A DNA stretch of 41,312 nucleotides from a virus (Duplodnaviria; Caudoviricetes). The notes beneath the pieces are model-generated. The model was given only the letters and a program-made list of their open reading frames with translations. It was not told the origin of the DNA and made no database searches. Numbering within the stretch: position 1 is the stretch's first letter; the number at the start of each line of letters is the position of its first letter. This document shows positions 29,052 through 38,358 of this stretch, in pieces. Both the position numbers and the translations under genes were made by a program. Location: IMG/VR virus record IMGVR_UViG_3300020045_011804, positions 1-41,312 of that record. One strand, given 5' to 3'.

Positions 29052-29684
29052 TTATAAGTCAGCCGAAATTAGATTTACCATAATAATTTCGCGTTTCACT
29101 AATTCAAAAAAGCATCTCTTAGTTGCAGTTATGTCTGCATATGCATCATGAGCGCCATCGAAGCCTTCACCAAATAAGTGCATATGAAGTTCAACAAGCT
29201 TTGGCCATTTTGCCTTACCAGCTTTATTTTTTAATCCACACATCTTAACAACTGCTTTATCTTTCATAGTGCAATGATTTGGCAGATCAAGATAAAATGC
29301 AGACCGCGCTAGGTCACTTAGATCATCTAAGTTCCTCTCCATCATCTGGTAAACGTAATTCCAGTCAAAAGCAAAGTTATGACAAACAACAAGATCTGCC
29401 TGCCTAAGCAATAAGCCAAACTGTTCAGCAGCTTCTAACTCTTCTATTCCTTCAAGGTCAGCCCTTTCGACACTAATTCCATGCACTTCTTGAGCATAAT
29501 GATTCATACTTCGGCCATTTGCTTTAATAATCACATTCATCTGACCGAACTCTTCTTCTTGACTAGCTAAGATTGCTCCAATTTGAACTGTCCAAGCTTG
29601 GTTAGGATCATTCGCTTGTAATGATTTATTAATGAAGTTACTTGTTTCTGTGTCGAAGAATAAAACTTTTGTACTTGGATTCAT
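29052..29684 (-). CDS. DEDDh 3'-5' exonuclease (DnaQ-like)
   Basis: FDTET, HNFAFD and AHDAYAD motifs. Confidence 0.92.
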   Translation of the reverse strand: MNPSTKVLFFDTETSNFINKSLQANDPNQAWTVQIGAILASQEEEFGQMNVIIKANGRSMNHYAQEVHGISVERADLEGIEELEAAEQFGLLLRQADLVVCHNFAFDWNYVYQMMERNLDDLSDLARSAFYLDLPNHCTMKDKAVVKMCGLKNKAGKAKWPKLVELHMHLFGEGFDGAHDAYADITATKRCFFELVKREIIMVNLISADL

Positions 29685-29697
29685 TTGTTAGTTCCTT

Positions 29698-29901
29698 TTA
29701 ATTTACTTTAACAATTTCAATATTAACTCTATCTGAATCAATGTTTGTCTCATCATACGCCCAAACAATTCTTTTGACCGCATAAAACTTTTCTCCTAAA
29801 AATCTTAATTCATCACCAACTCTTGGAACATGATATGTTGATTGTGAATAAAGATGTTGATTATTACAGAAAAAATGAATTTTTACATTAGGATTTCTCA
29901 T
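29698..29901 (-). CDS. Hypothetical protein
   Basis: VPRVGD motif; GGAG RBS. Confidence 0.65.
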   Translation of the reverse strand: MRNPNVKIHFFCNNQHLYSQSTYHVPRVGDELRFLGEKFYAVKRIVWAYDETNIDSDRVNIEIVKVN

Positions 29902-29923
29902 TTATTCTTTCTCCAATAATTAA

Positions 29924-30151
29924 TTATAACATTTTATATTCTTGTAAAAGTTGTTCAAGATATATCTCTTCTTCTTCCCTAATTTCATTAAAAAGTTTTT
30001 GAAATTTTTCTTGATATTTTGTAAATATTTCTGGTGAAAGGTCTTCAAAAGTTTCTCTAGTAACTATAATTATAATAGTATCTAAAAATATCTTTAAATC
30101 TTTAATTTCTTTATTTAATTCATTGCACTTCTTAAGTATTGCATCATTCAT
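29924..30151 (-). CDS. Hypothetical coiled-coil protein
   Basis: Start adjusted to MNDAIL, which follows a GGAG RBS. Confidence 0.55.
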   Translation of the reverse strand: MNDAILKKCNELNKEIKDLKIFLDTIIIIVTRETFEDLSPEIFTKYQEKFQKLFNEIREEEEIYLEQLLQEYKML

Positions 30152-31490
30152 CTTTATTCTCCAATGTAGCAATGCCACCCAGTTGATTTTTAATCAAATT
30201 CCTATCCATCAAACTAAAGATTGTCTTTTCTAAATAACTTGGATCTATAATCATTTTTTGATTCTTAACAGAGAAATATCTAGTCTCTGTTAGGGAGCTT
30301 TCAGATTGTACTATCTTTGCATGTTCTGCCATTTCCAAATATCCTCGTAACTGCGATATGTTTTCTACATCAAGCTGGAAGTTCCTCACTATGTCGCTAA
30401 ATTCAAAATTCTCATGCGAACTTATAAAGTCGAGAACCTTTGCATAGATATTTGCATTGCTTGAAAGGCCTAGTCCATAGAAGGCGTTTGGCATTTCTTG
30501 TTCTGTGATTTGCATTATTGCCAATGCTTGATCAAAATGTTCCGGCGTGATTATCATATCGTTCGATTCTGCTGCACACACCAACATGCAAACTTTATTA
30601 AGATGTAATGGCCTCCTATGGTTATAGCCTAAAAACTTATCACTCGAAACCCCAGTCTCGTCATACTCTTGCTCATACCAGCGCACATAAGTTTTTAGAA
30701 ATTCCGAACTAAGAGTAAATTGTCCAGACATTTGAGCTATGTCCTGCAAGTCGTTTTCAAGCATTTTATAAATCTCTTCCTCCTCTTCGGTGAAATACTG
30801 CAAGGCTACTCTTTGCTTCGGGCCTTGACCAACGACAAAAATGATTCGTGAAATCAGTCCTCCTCCAACTGCATCTTGACTCAATTTATTTTGTAACAAA
30901 CTAGGAGTTATTGCTCCAATGATTGTTATAAAGCAATTGGAGATGTCTTCTGTCTTTCTTGATAATGTTTTATACTTCCAGCTATCTGCACAATCAAATA
31001 AGTCTGTAATAGTTGATAGTAAGCCTTGATCTCTATCGTTTAAGAACACCTGGAATTCTTCTGCCCATATTGATAAACTCTTATGCTTACGAGTCATTCC
31101 AAGATGATCTACATAACTATTTTCAGCCTCAATAAGAGATTGATAAAGCGCCTGAGTGGAGCCAAGCGAATCTGCACCTAGTGGAATCTCTAATTTTTGT
31201 ACCATTGATTTTGCGATTTTCATCGCTGTGCCTTTCCTACCTCCTGGAGGACCAACTAATGCAATGAACATATTTGGATATACAAAGCCTCTTAATGCTC
31301 CCCAGTTACAATAACATTTGCGCTGTAAAGCCGAACTGATTGCTGCCAATCCCGACCATAAATGATATATTTCTGGAGACTCTGATCTTTGGGTGACTTT
31401 CATGTAGTATGCTAGCCAATTTGATAGTTGCCTCGACATGTAAAGGTTTTCCTTATTGCAAATCTCTAAGGTTTTTGGCTTGCTGGCCAT
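30144..31490 (-). CDS. DUF3987-like P-loop helicase/primase-associated protein
   Basis: SESPEIYHLW, Walker A-like GPPGGRKGT, AEEF and GGGLISRIIFV motifs. Confidence 0.8.
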   Translation of the reverse strand: MASKPKTLEICNKENLYMSRQLSNWLAYYMKVTQRSESPEIYHLWSGLAAISSALQRKCYCNWGALRGFVYPNMFIALVGPPGGRKGTAMKIAKSMVQKLEIPLGADSLGSTQALYQSLIEAENSYVDHLGMTRKHKSLSIWAEEFQVFLNDRDQGLLSTITDLFDCADSWKYKTLSRKTEDISNCFITIIGAITPSLLQNKLSQDAVGGGLISRIIFVVGQGPKQRVALQYFTEEEEEIYKMLENDLQDIAQMSGQFTLSSEFLKTYVRWYEQEYDETGVSSDKFLGYNHRRPLHLNKVCMLVCAAESNDMIITPEHFDQALAIMQITEQEMPNAFYGLGLSSNANIYAKVLDFISSHENFEFSDIVRNFQLDVENISQLRGYLEMAEHAKIVQSESSLTETRYFSVKNQKMIIDPSYLEKTIFSLMDRNLIKNQLGGIATLENKDE

Positions 31491-31649
31491 TAGTTATTCT
31501 AATTAATTAATAAATATTAACTTTATGTCCAAATAAAATAAAACTATATTTACAATGACAAGTTTTAGGATATTTTCTAAATTCTCCACAATAATAAATA
31601 GGAATATATAATTTATATATGTGAATTTTTTTAAGTATAATTTGCATAA

Positions 31650-32057
31650 TCACACCTCAATTAAAAAAACATGATCTTTTTCTTTAGCTACGATTTTAGT
31701 CTTATTACGATCCCATGTAGATGGCCATCCATTTTTAACAATTTTTGGATTATAATATAATGTAGCACCATTTAAATTATCTCCTTCTTGCCATTCATCC
31801 ACTGCTCTCATAACGTTTTCTGTTACAGCTCCTACGTGCTTAGCTTCATATGCTACATCAATTAATGCTGAAGCTAAACCATCATTGTAACAAGAAAACT
31901 GTAGACGCTTGAACACGATGTCATAAATGGAAAGATTTCTTTTCTCAGCACGATTAAGGATTACCTTAACTATGTTCTTTTGTCCTTGAGGAGTTTGATC
32001 TCTAGCTTCTAAGAACACTGTTAAGATTAACCAAAATATTCCAGCTTGAATGTTCAT
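31650..32057 (-). CDS. Cell wall hydrolase, SleB/Hydrolase_2 family
   Basis: EAR...VILNR...QFSCYN...GATLYYNP...HVF. Confidence 0.9.
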   Translation of the reverse strand: MNIQAGIFWLILTVFLEARDQTPQGQKNIVKVILNRAEKRNLSIYDIVFKRLQFSCYNDGLASALIDVAYEAKHVGAVTENVMRAVDEWQEGDNLNGATLYYNPKIVKNGWPSTWDRNKTKIVAKEKDHVFLIEV

Positions 32058-32185
32058 GTAGGCTCCTTAATTAAAATATTTTATATAAAGATCTTTAATT
32101 AAACAGCCTAAACCATAACAAGCTAAAGGCCATACTAATTTATCCCAATGATGTTTAATCAAAATTTTAAATCGCTCTTTCATAA

Positions 32186-34711
32186 TTAAAATCCTATCTT
32201 TGTAATTGCTTTATCAACAGATTCTTGATCAAACTTACTGATCTCTGCTGTATTTCCTGCCCATTGGGTACCGATTTTTGCATCTAATCCAATGGTAAAA
32301 CTCTTTCCTTTGTAAGTAAAAGTGTGAGTCATATGGTCTTTGAGTATCAGCAATATTTGAACTAAGTTTGGTATTTGACTTTTGTGAAATTGAAATACAA
32401 AAGAATCATGAACAGTTGTCGAACAATGAATATCGAAGCCATCTTTACCAAGTCGTGGATCGTTGACAACTTTAATCATTCCGCGGTTTAGCAATTCAGC
32501 AACTGTTGATTGAGGTTTGTAGCTATAGGCATTTCTGAATAATGCTGCATTCATTTCACCTAAGAACCTTCGTGGCCTTCCAAATAAGTTGTATAGAACA
32601 CGATCTTTAGACACCTCCTCTTCAATGGATCTATGCCAGCGTTTCAAACCTGGAAATCTATCAGTGTAATTATTAAGTAAACGCTGACATTCTGATTGAG
32701 ATTTAAATATTTCTTCCTTCGCTAAGTTGTCTGAGAAAGTCTGTGGACCCATTGAATAGTTAGAAGCATGAACAACTTTCTTGCCCATATATCGCATTGT
32801 AGATTTTTGATCTGCTTTTTTATTCTTAGCTTCATAGATAACTTCTTCGATTGGAACATTAAAGATTTTACTTGCATTAAAGCTATGCACATCTATTCCA
32901 GATTCAAACGATTGAATCATATTCACATCTTGAGTTAGATATGCAACTACATGTGCTTCAGCTTTAGCAAGATCAAGTTCACATAGAATCCAATCTGGAT
33001 CAGCCACAAGATAATATTTAAAAATATATGGCTGATTCTGTAAATTGCTCCCTGTTCCAAAGTAAGTCTTTTCTGTTGCTATCCTGCCAGATACTGTGCC
33101 AGATATTTTATGATTACAGCGAAGTTTTTTATCCTCATCTACTGAAATATTAAAGTAAGTTGAAACTAATTTTTGATATTTACGAATCTTGATTATGATT
33201 CTAGCTTCTTCAGATCCTTTACTTTCTTTTTTTGCAATTCTGTGAAGAGCTACATCATCGCAACTAACACTTCCAGTTTTGCGATTCACATAGGGCTTAA
33301 TCATACAAATACCATAGAAATACGCGATCATTTGTTTTGAAGAAGCTACATTAAGTTCTTTACCTGCGATCTTATTAAGCTCTGCTTGAAGTTCGATTAT
33401 TTTTTGTGTGTATTCTGTTTTGATCTTAGAGATTCCGTCAGTATCAGTAAGTATGCCATTGTGTTCCATTTCCATCAACGGCTTATGGAGATTCATCGTA
33501 TACTCTATGGCATCCATTGAATCGAATTCACTTAATTCTTCTAGGAGTTTCTCTGTAATTGGAAGAAGATACGCTGCGTCTTTAGCATTATATGTCCAGT
33601 ATTGTGGCCAGTTCTTAATAGCTTTAAGGTGTGACTGCTTTCCTTCGTCTTTGTAATATGGATAATATGTATAGGTCGAAGTTAAATAATCAAGTCCCTT
33701 TGGAAGTTCAGTATAACAAATGTGCTGCGCAAGCATTGTATCAAAATAAAAGTTATCTGTCTTAATATTCATTGTTCTAAAAATGAACATTATATCAAAC
33801 ATTCCATTCTGACAAATCTTGCCGATGGACTCAGAATTCAGAACTTCTGCCAATCCAATCCAGATTTTAATTTCTTCTTCAGTTGACCAATAATTCCCTT
33901 TGTTATTCATTAAAGGAATTGACATAGAAATTATCTTGTTGTTGTGATAAATTGCCAGTGAAAAACAAGTTATAAATTCTGGCGTAGCTTCTATGTCGAA
34001 AGAAACATATTCTTTAGTTTTGATTAATGCATAAAACTGTAATATTTCTTCAAAACTAGATTGCGTTTTTATTTCAGTATTGTCGGTAAGCAAACTTGGA
34101 TCTTCTATTAACTTAAGTGCTTTGGTAAAATCCGCAATCATTGTGTAAAAATGAATTGGCTTCCCATATGGCATGGTAAAAGATGGGTCATAACTCAAAC
34201 CTATGATCTTTCCAGCTAGTTTTTCTTTCAAATGAGGAAAGTCTTCAGCATGATAGAAGCTTCCTCTATATTTTGTGATTGAATCAAAGCGAGGTTCATC
34301 AATTAGAAGTCTCATTGGAGTTGCCCCTAGCAACATTATTAGCTTGCCAGGGAAATGAGAAAGTTCTTCAATTAATGTTGATTGTAAAATGCTCCAATCT
34401 GAATGACGATATCCTTTGTCAGTCCAGAATGCTTCATGATTGTTTTTTGGAAACTTGGCTTTACATGCAAAGGTGAGATAGATTTTGTATCTAGCCAGTC
34501 TAATGGCTGCACAAATGCGATTGAATTGTGAACCTGCTGGCCCAACGAAAGGTTCATTCTTCAACACTTCAATATCGTTCGGAGCTTCTCCAACCATTGC
34601 TATTTCTGCGGTGAGAATATTATCTGTTGGGGGACATTCAATAGCGAGTGCATTGAAAGAACTTTCTTTCTGCGACTTGGTTGCTATTGTGTCGATTTTT
34701 GGAATTATCAT
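32186..34711 (-). CDS. Family A DNA polymerase with an N-terminal family-4 UDG-like domain and a 3'-5' exonuclease
   Basis: GEAP...PFVGPAG; ExoI-III FDIE, QNGMFD, YNAKD; motif A DLAKAE, motif B R...K...H...Y, motif C VHDS. Confidence 0.95.
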   Translation of the reverse strand: MIIPKIDTIATKSQKESSFNALAIECPPTDNILTAEIAMVGEAPNDIEVLKNEPFVGPAGSQFNRICAAIRLARYKIYLTFACKAKFPKNNHEAFWTDKGYRHSDWSILQSTLIEELSHFPGKLIMLLGATPMRLLIDEPRFDSITKYRGSFYHAEDFPHLKEKLAGKIIGLSYDPSFTMPYGKPIHFYTMIADFTKALKLIEDPSLLTDNTEIKTQSSFEEILQFYALIKTKEYVSFDIEATPEFITCFSLAIYHNNKIISMSIPLMNNKGNYWSTEEEIKIWIGLAEVLNSESIGKICQNGMFDIMFIFRTMNIKTDNFYFDTMLAQHICYTELPKGLDYLTSTYTYYPYYKDEGKQSHLKAIKNWPQYWTYNAKDAAYLLPITEKLLEELSEFDSMDAIEYTMNLHKPLMEMEHNGILTDTDGISKIKTEYTQKIIELQAELNKIAGKELNVASSKQMIAYFYGICMIKPYVNRKTGSVSCDDVALHRIAKKESKGSEEARIIIKIRKYQKLVSTYFNISVDEDKKLRCNHKISGTVSGRIATEKTYFGTGSNLQNQPYIFKYYLVADPDWILCELDLAKAEAHVVAYLTQDVNMIQSFESGIDVHSFNASKIFNVPIEEVIYEAKNKKADQKSTMRYMGKKVVHASNYSMGPQTFSDNLAKEEIFKSQSECQRLLNNYTDRFPGLKRWHRSIEEEVSKDRVLYNLFGRPRRFLGEMNAALFRNAYSYKPQSTVAELLNRGMIKVVNDPRLGKDGFDIHCSTTVHDSFVFQFHKSQIPNLVQILLILKDHMTHTFTYKGKSFTIGLDAKIGTQWAGNTAEISKFDQESVDKAITKIGF

Positions 34712-34714
34712 TAG

Positions 34715-34927
34715 TTAGCCTTTATTTAATTCTTTTATATTATAATTTCCTTCATAGCTTGGATATAAATGAATATACTCTTTATATTCTTTTTCTGCAT
34801 TTTCCCAAAGAATACATTCGTTTGGCTTTACTTGATATAAACGAATTAATTGCCCACTAGAAATATAATAAATATCTCCATCAATTTTAGATTTTATCTC
34901 TCCAGGATGTAAGGCGTATTTTATCAT
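34715..34927 (-). CDS. Hypothetical phage protein
   Basis: KYALHPG...DGD..YI...L..LY pattern. Confidence 0.65.
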   Translation of the reverse strand: MIKYALHPGEIKSKIDGDIYYISSGQLIRLYQVKPNECILWENAEKEYKEYIHLYPSYEGNYNIKELNKG

Positions 34928-35214
34928 AACCTATCCTTTTTCATTGCTCCTGGATTAGGAGCTTTAATTTCTTGCTTACAATCAAGACAAATATAACTCT
35001 TGACTCTTACTATGTTTGCAGATAAGATGGTTACGGCAAAATTATAATTTGCCTCATTCTTATATCCATTTGGCCAGGTTTTGGAAGCAAAGCCAATTTC
35101 AAGTGGCACTATGTTTTTGTGTAAGCAGCAATTAGTACCTGGCTCGGATGGAGATTTTTCATTAGCTAGCTGACCTACGGAATATTTATTTGTCATAATT
35201 AATATCCATTCCAA
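34924..35214 (-). CDS. Hypothetical Zn-binding protein
   Basis: CxH...CxxC; ATGA overlap downstream. Confidence 0.6.
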   Translation of the reverse strand: MEWILIMTNKYSVGQLANEKSPSEPGTNCCLHKNIVPLEIGFASKTWPNGYKNEANYNFAVTILSANIVRVKSYICLDCKQEIKAPNPGAMKKDRL

Positions 35215-35483
35215 GCATTATCAAAAGACTCTTTATCTTTCCTTCTTTGAATTTCTGCTTTAAGATCTTTTATTTCTTGTAGTAATGCAAGTAAATTAAC
35301 TTCATTATTTTTAATTCGTGTATTCCATTCTGAATCAGCACGACAACCAAACCTAACATGATTACAAAAATTGATTAAACAATTATTACAACCAACTTTA
35401 AGTATATCATGTTTTACCTCCCTGTATGCTTCACCACCACAAAATGGACAAGGTAATAAATTATTTTTTTCATGCTCATTCAT
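35199..35483 (-). CDS. Lar-like (restriction alleviation family) Zn protein
   Basis: LLPCPFCGGEA...CxxC...WNTR. Confidence 0.8.
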   Translation of the reverse strand: MNEHEKNNLLPCPFCGGEAYREVKHDILKVGCNNCLINFCNHVRFGCRADSEWNTRIKNNEVNLLALLQEIKDLKAEIQRRKDKESFDNAWNGY

Positions 35484-36931
35484 AACCCCTCCACTTCAGC
35501 AGATATCCCTAAATAGTTTTCTAAGTTCTGATAAAATTGCGGTATATATTTCTGACTCTTATCACATCCAAACGGAATCATCTTTGCTTTTGCAGCAGAA
35601 ATCAAGCAGTTGCCTGAACCTGCAAAAAGTGACATAAAGTATGAACCTGGTTTACCAAGTGCTTTTAAGAAGTAATCGTACAGTTCTATAGGCTTCTCCC
35701 ATTGATGAATACGTTGAGATGCACTTACTGTACTAACACTAATAGCAGATGAAAGACTTGGTGTATTGAACTGAGCATTACCCTTTCTAAGTAATAAAAA
35801 CATCTCCCAGTTGCTAACCATATTTACTTTAGGCTTATTGGTACTGCCACCAACTTTAATCCATGCCCCAGGAGATTGGGTACCAAAACCGATTTTGGTT
35901 GCAATATTATTTATTTGTGTAAAATGTTCTTTGCCTGTCCAAACTAAACACCAACTAGCATCTAGCATTTTTTGATAAACTAACGGCAAATAATTAAAAT
36001 AGAAATCATAAAGCTCTTTCTCATCCCAATCAGTTGCTTTACTTTCAATTTTGCTAGTTTTCCCGTAGTTTTCGTTAAATCCAATTGCGTATGGTGGATC
36101 AAGTTCAACCATCCCAATTGAGTTATCTGGAATCTTGTTTAGAAATGTTTTGTAGTTTTCTGCAACATAAGTTACTTGAATTTTAGAAGTTGTTGATTGC
36201 TCTGATGCATTTTCATAATTAGCATAATCATCTTCATTATAATCATCTTCTTCAAGTGCTGCAACTTTTTCTCTAGCAATAGCTGTTTTATCAAATACAG
36301 CTTCATTGACAGTATTTTTGATTGGAGCTACAATGTTTCCACTTTGAAGTGCTTTCAATCGTTCTTTTTCTGTATCGGTAAAGCTTCCCATTCGCTGAAG
36401 AGCCTTAGCTTGATCACCAAGAGCTTTGTAGGCTTCTCTAGCTCGACCTTTGGTAGACTGGTCTTTAAGGATTGGAAAGATTTTGAGAGCTTCTGCAAAT
36501 GCGAGATCAGTTGATAAGCCACCAAGAGAACATTTTAGTCTTTTAGAAGTTTCTCGATAACCCCAAGGTTTTCCTTCTTTATCTGCTGAAATTACCCACA
36601 TATTATGTAGTTTATATTTGAGTTCAATTTCTTCATGCCATAAAAACTCCTTACGATCCATATTGGCAAATAGTTCAATCAGTACATGATCATCAGCAGT
36701 AATTCCATCAATTATTCGAACTTCGATTGTATCTCGCCCAAGTTTCTTTATGGCTTCAATACGATGAAGTCCGTCGATTAGGACGTTATCAGAATTGATG
36801 AGAATTGGAGAGAGTTGGCCTACAAGAGATATTGAATCGGCCAAACTTGATATATCACCAACAATGGATCGTGCTCTATCTTTGATAATTATGTCGGATA
36901 TATTTCTTTCTTCTATTTGAAAGAGTTGCAT
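35480..36931 (-). CDS. ParB N-terminal domain fused to an N6/N4 DNA methyltransferase
   Basis: GQLSPI...LIDGLHRIEA...N..R; DPPY before HQWEKP and LFAGSG (beta-class order). Confidence 0.9.
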   Translation of the reverse strand: MQLFQIEERNISDIIIKDRARSIVGDISSLADSISLVGQLSPILINSDNVLIDGLHRIEAIKKLGRDTIEVRIIDGITADDHVLIELFANMDRKEFLWHEEIELKYKLHNMWVISADKEGKPWGYRETSKRLKCSLGGLSTDLAFAEALKIFPILKDQSTKGRAREAYKALGDQAKALQRMGSFTDTEKERLKALQSGNIVAPIKNTVNEAVFDKTAIAREKVAALEEDDYNEDDYANYENASEQSTTSKIQVTYVAENYKTFLNKIPDNSIGMVELDPPYAIGFNENYGKTSKIESKATDWDEKELYDFYFNYLPLVYQKMLDASWCLVWTGKEHFTQINNIATKIGFGTQSPGAWIKVGGSTNKPKVNMVSNWEMFLLLRKGNAQFNTPSLSSAISVSTVSASQRIHQWEKPIELYDYFLKALGKPGSYFMSLFAGSGNCLISAAKAKMIPFGCDKSQKYIPQFYQNLENYLGISAEVEGL

Positions 36932-36940
36932 TTTTAATCC

Positions 36941-37231
36941 TTATTGTAAATTTTGATATTGCTTCCGAATTAACTCTATTTGTTCTATGGAAAGTTTTCC
37001 AAGAACGTCATTGATAGCCTTTGTTGGATCTTTCAACATCTTTTTACCTTTCTTAGTACCAGCACTTTTAGAAATGTTTTTCATTGCAGATTTGGTTATC
37101 TGATGAGACTTGACTAATGCAGCGTTTAGAGCACTTGTTCGCATTGTACGAACTTTATCAATTAATCTGGCTTGTTCTGGGTATGACATTTCTAAGAATG
37201 AACGGCAATAAATACGATCCATTAGTGGCAT
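36941..37231 (-). CDS. Basic hypothetical protein
   Basis: GGAG RBS; Lys-rich. Confidence 0.65.
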   Translation of the reverse strand: MPLMDRIYCRSFLEMSYPEQARLIDKVRTMRTSALNAALVKSHQITKSAMKNISKSAGTKKGKKMLKDPTKAINDVLGKLSIEQIELIRKQYQNLQ

Positions 37232-37243
37232 GGTTAAGCTCCG

Positions 37244-37486
37244 TTAAAAAGCAAAAGTTTCTAACTTAGAAAAAACTCTATCAAAATCTTCTTTTGACAT
37301 GTAATAAGAAATTGCTTTAATTCCTTCCATAAAACTTTTAAGCATTTCTTCTGGAAGTATATTTTTAGTAGACACTATCTCAGAATAAAGAGGATTCCAA
37401 ATAGTAAGTTCTAATCTATTAGACATTTCTCCAATAGAAACTTCTACACCATTTGAATCTTTTAATATTATATATTCAGATCCCAT
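37244..37486 (-). CDS. Hypothetical protein
   Basis: AGGAG RBS. Confidence 0.6.
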   Translation of the reverse strand: MGSEYIILKDSNGVEVSIGEMSNRLELTIWNPLYSEIVSTKNILPEEMLKSFMEGIKAISYYMSKEDFDRVFSKLETFAF

Positions 37487-37497
37487 AATAATTTCTC

Positions 37498-37824
37498 CTA
37501 TCTATAATCTCCAGAACCACCAAGCTTGTTTCGTTCTTTACGAGATGCAAGTTTTTCAATATTCATTGTTGCAATAAATTCTAAATCATAACCAAGATCA
37601 TAAGCAACATTAGCTAAGTACCAAAGAACATCTCCAAGTTCAGCAGCAATGTTAATTTTTACATCTTTTGATAGTTCACCATTGTTGTCTCGATACATCT
37701 TTTTGAGTTTGCCAGCTACTTCTCCAGCTTCATTAGTTAAGCCAAACACATGACAATCAAGTGCATGTGCTGGAGGATAAATATCTGTTGATTTTGCAGC
37801 ATCTTGATATTCATTAAAATTCAT
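37498..37824 (-). CDS. MazG-like all-alpha NTP pyrophosphohydrolase
   Basis: GLTNEAGEV...ELGDVLWY...NIEKL..R...GSGD.R. Confidence 0.92.
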   Translation of the reverse strand: MNFNEYQDAAKSTDIYPPAHALDCHVFGLTNEAGEVAGKLKKMYRDNNGELSKDVKINIAAELGDVLWYLANVAYDLGYDLEFIATMNIEKLASRKERNKLGGSGDYR

Positions 37825-37826
37825 AT

Positions 37827-38036
37827 TTATTCCTTAGTTGCTGGCAAAGTTAATGGTTTATTTTTATACATATAGTCAAGGACATCATTAAAATTATTCT
37901 CACTAATAATAAGAGCTAATGATAGGAATATTTGCCGAAATAACTTCGTTTGCTGACCATGATGGAAATGATCTTGTACTTCATCATATAAGTCTTTGTC
38001 GATCCTGGCTGTTACTTTACATTCATACGGTTCCAT
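37827..38036 (-). CDS. Ribbon-helix-helix-like regulator
   Basis: KVTARIDKDLYDEV. Confidence 0.55.
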   Translation of the reverse strand: MEPYECKVTARIDKDLYDEVQDHFHHGQQTKLFRQIFLSLALIISENNFNDVLDYMYKNKPLTLPATKE

Positions 38037-38063
38037 TTTGAGTTTCCTTAGAGGTTAATTTGT

Positions 38064-38139
38064 TGGTACTCCTGGCGAGAATCGAACTCAGCATGATACG
38101 CTTATAAGGCGCACCCTCTAACCATTGAGGTACAGGAGT
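38064..38139 (-). tRNA. tRNA-Ile (anticodon UAU)
   Basis: Acceptor ACTCCTG/CAGGAGT, D stem CCTC/GAGG, anticodon loop CT-TAT-AA, T loop TTCGATT, A73 and encoded CCA; T stem has one irregularity. Confidence 0.9.
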
Positions 38140-38148
38140 ATGTTTATG

Positions 38149-38358
38149 TTAATGTTCTTTTAATGTTTTTGCATTTGTTTTTATTTTTTCAATTTCATCA
38201 GAACTCAATTTATGTAAAAGATATGTATCTGAAAGTCTATGTTGAAGTTCATAATATTGATCATTTATAATAACAATTGATCCATCAAGTTTATCACTAG
38301 AACAACCAGATAAACAAAATAAAAAGAGTCCAAAATATAATATTTTTAATAATTTCAT
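38149..38358 (-). CDS. Small lipoprotein
   Basis: MKLLK...FCLSG-C lipobox. Confidence 0.75.
   Translation of the reverse strand: MKLLKILYFGLFLFCLSGCSSDKLDGSIVIINDQYYELQHRLSDTYLLHKLSSDEIEKIKTNAKTLKEH

Noticed and set aside
23065-35637. Plus-strand ORFs within the replication module (for example 23065-23445, 33408-33656)
   Set aside because: Antisense to well-supported minus-strand genes.
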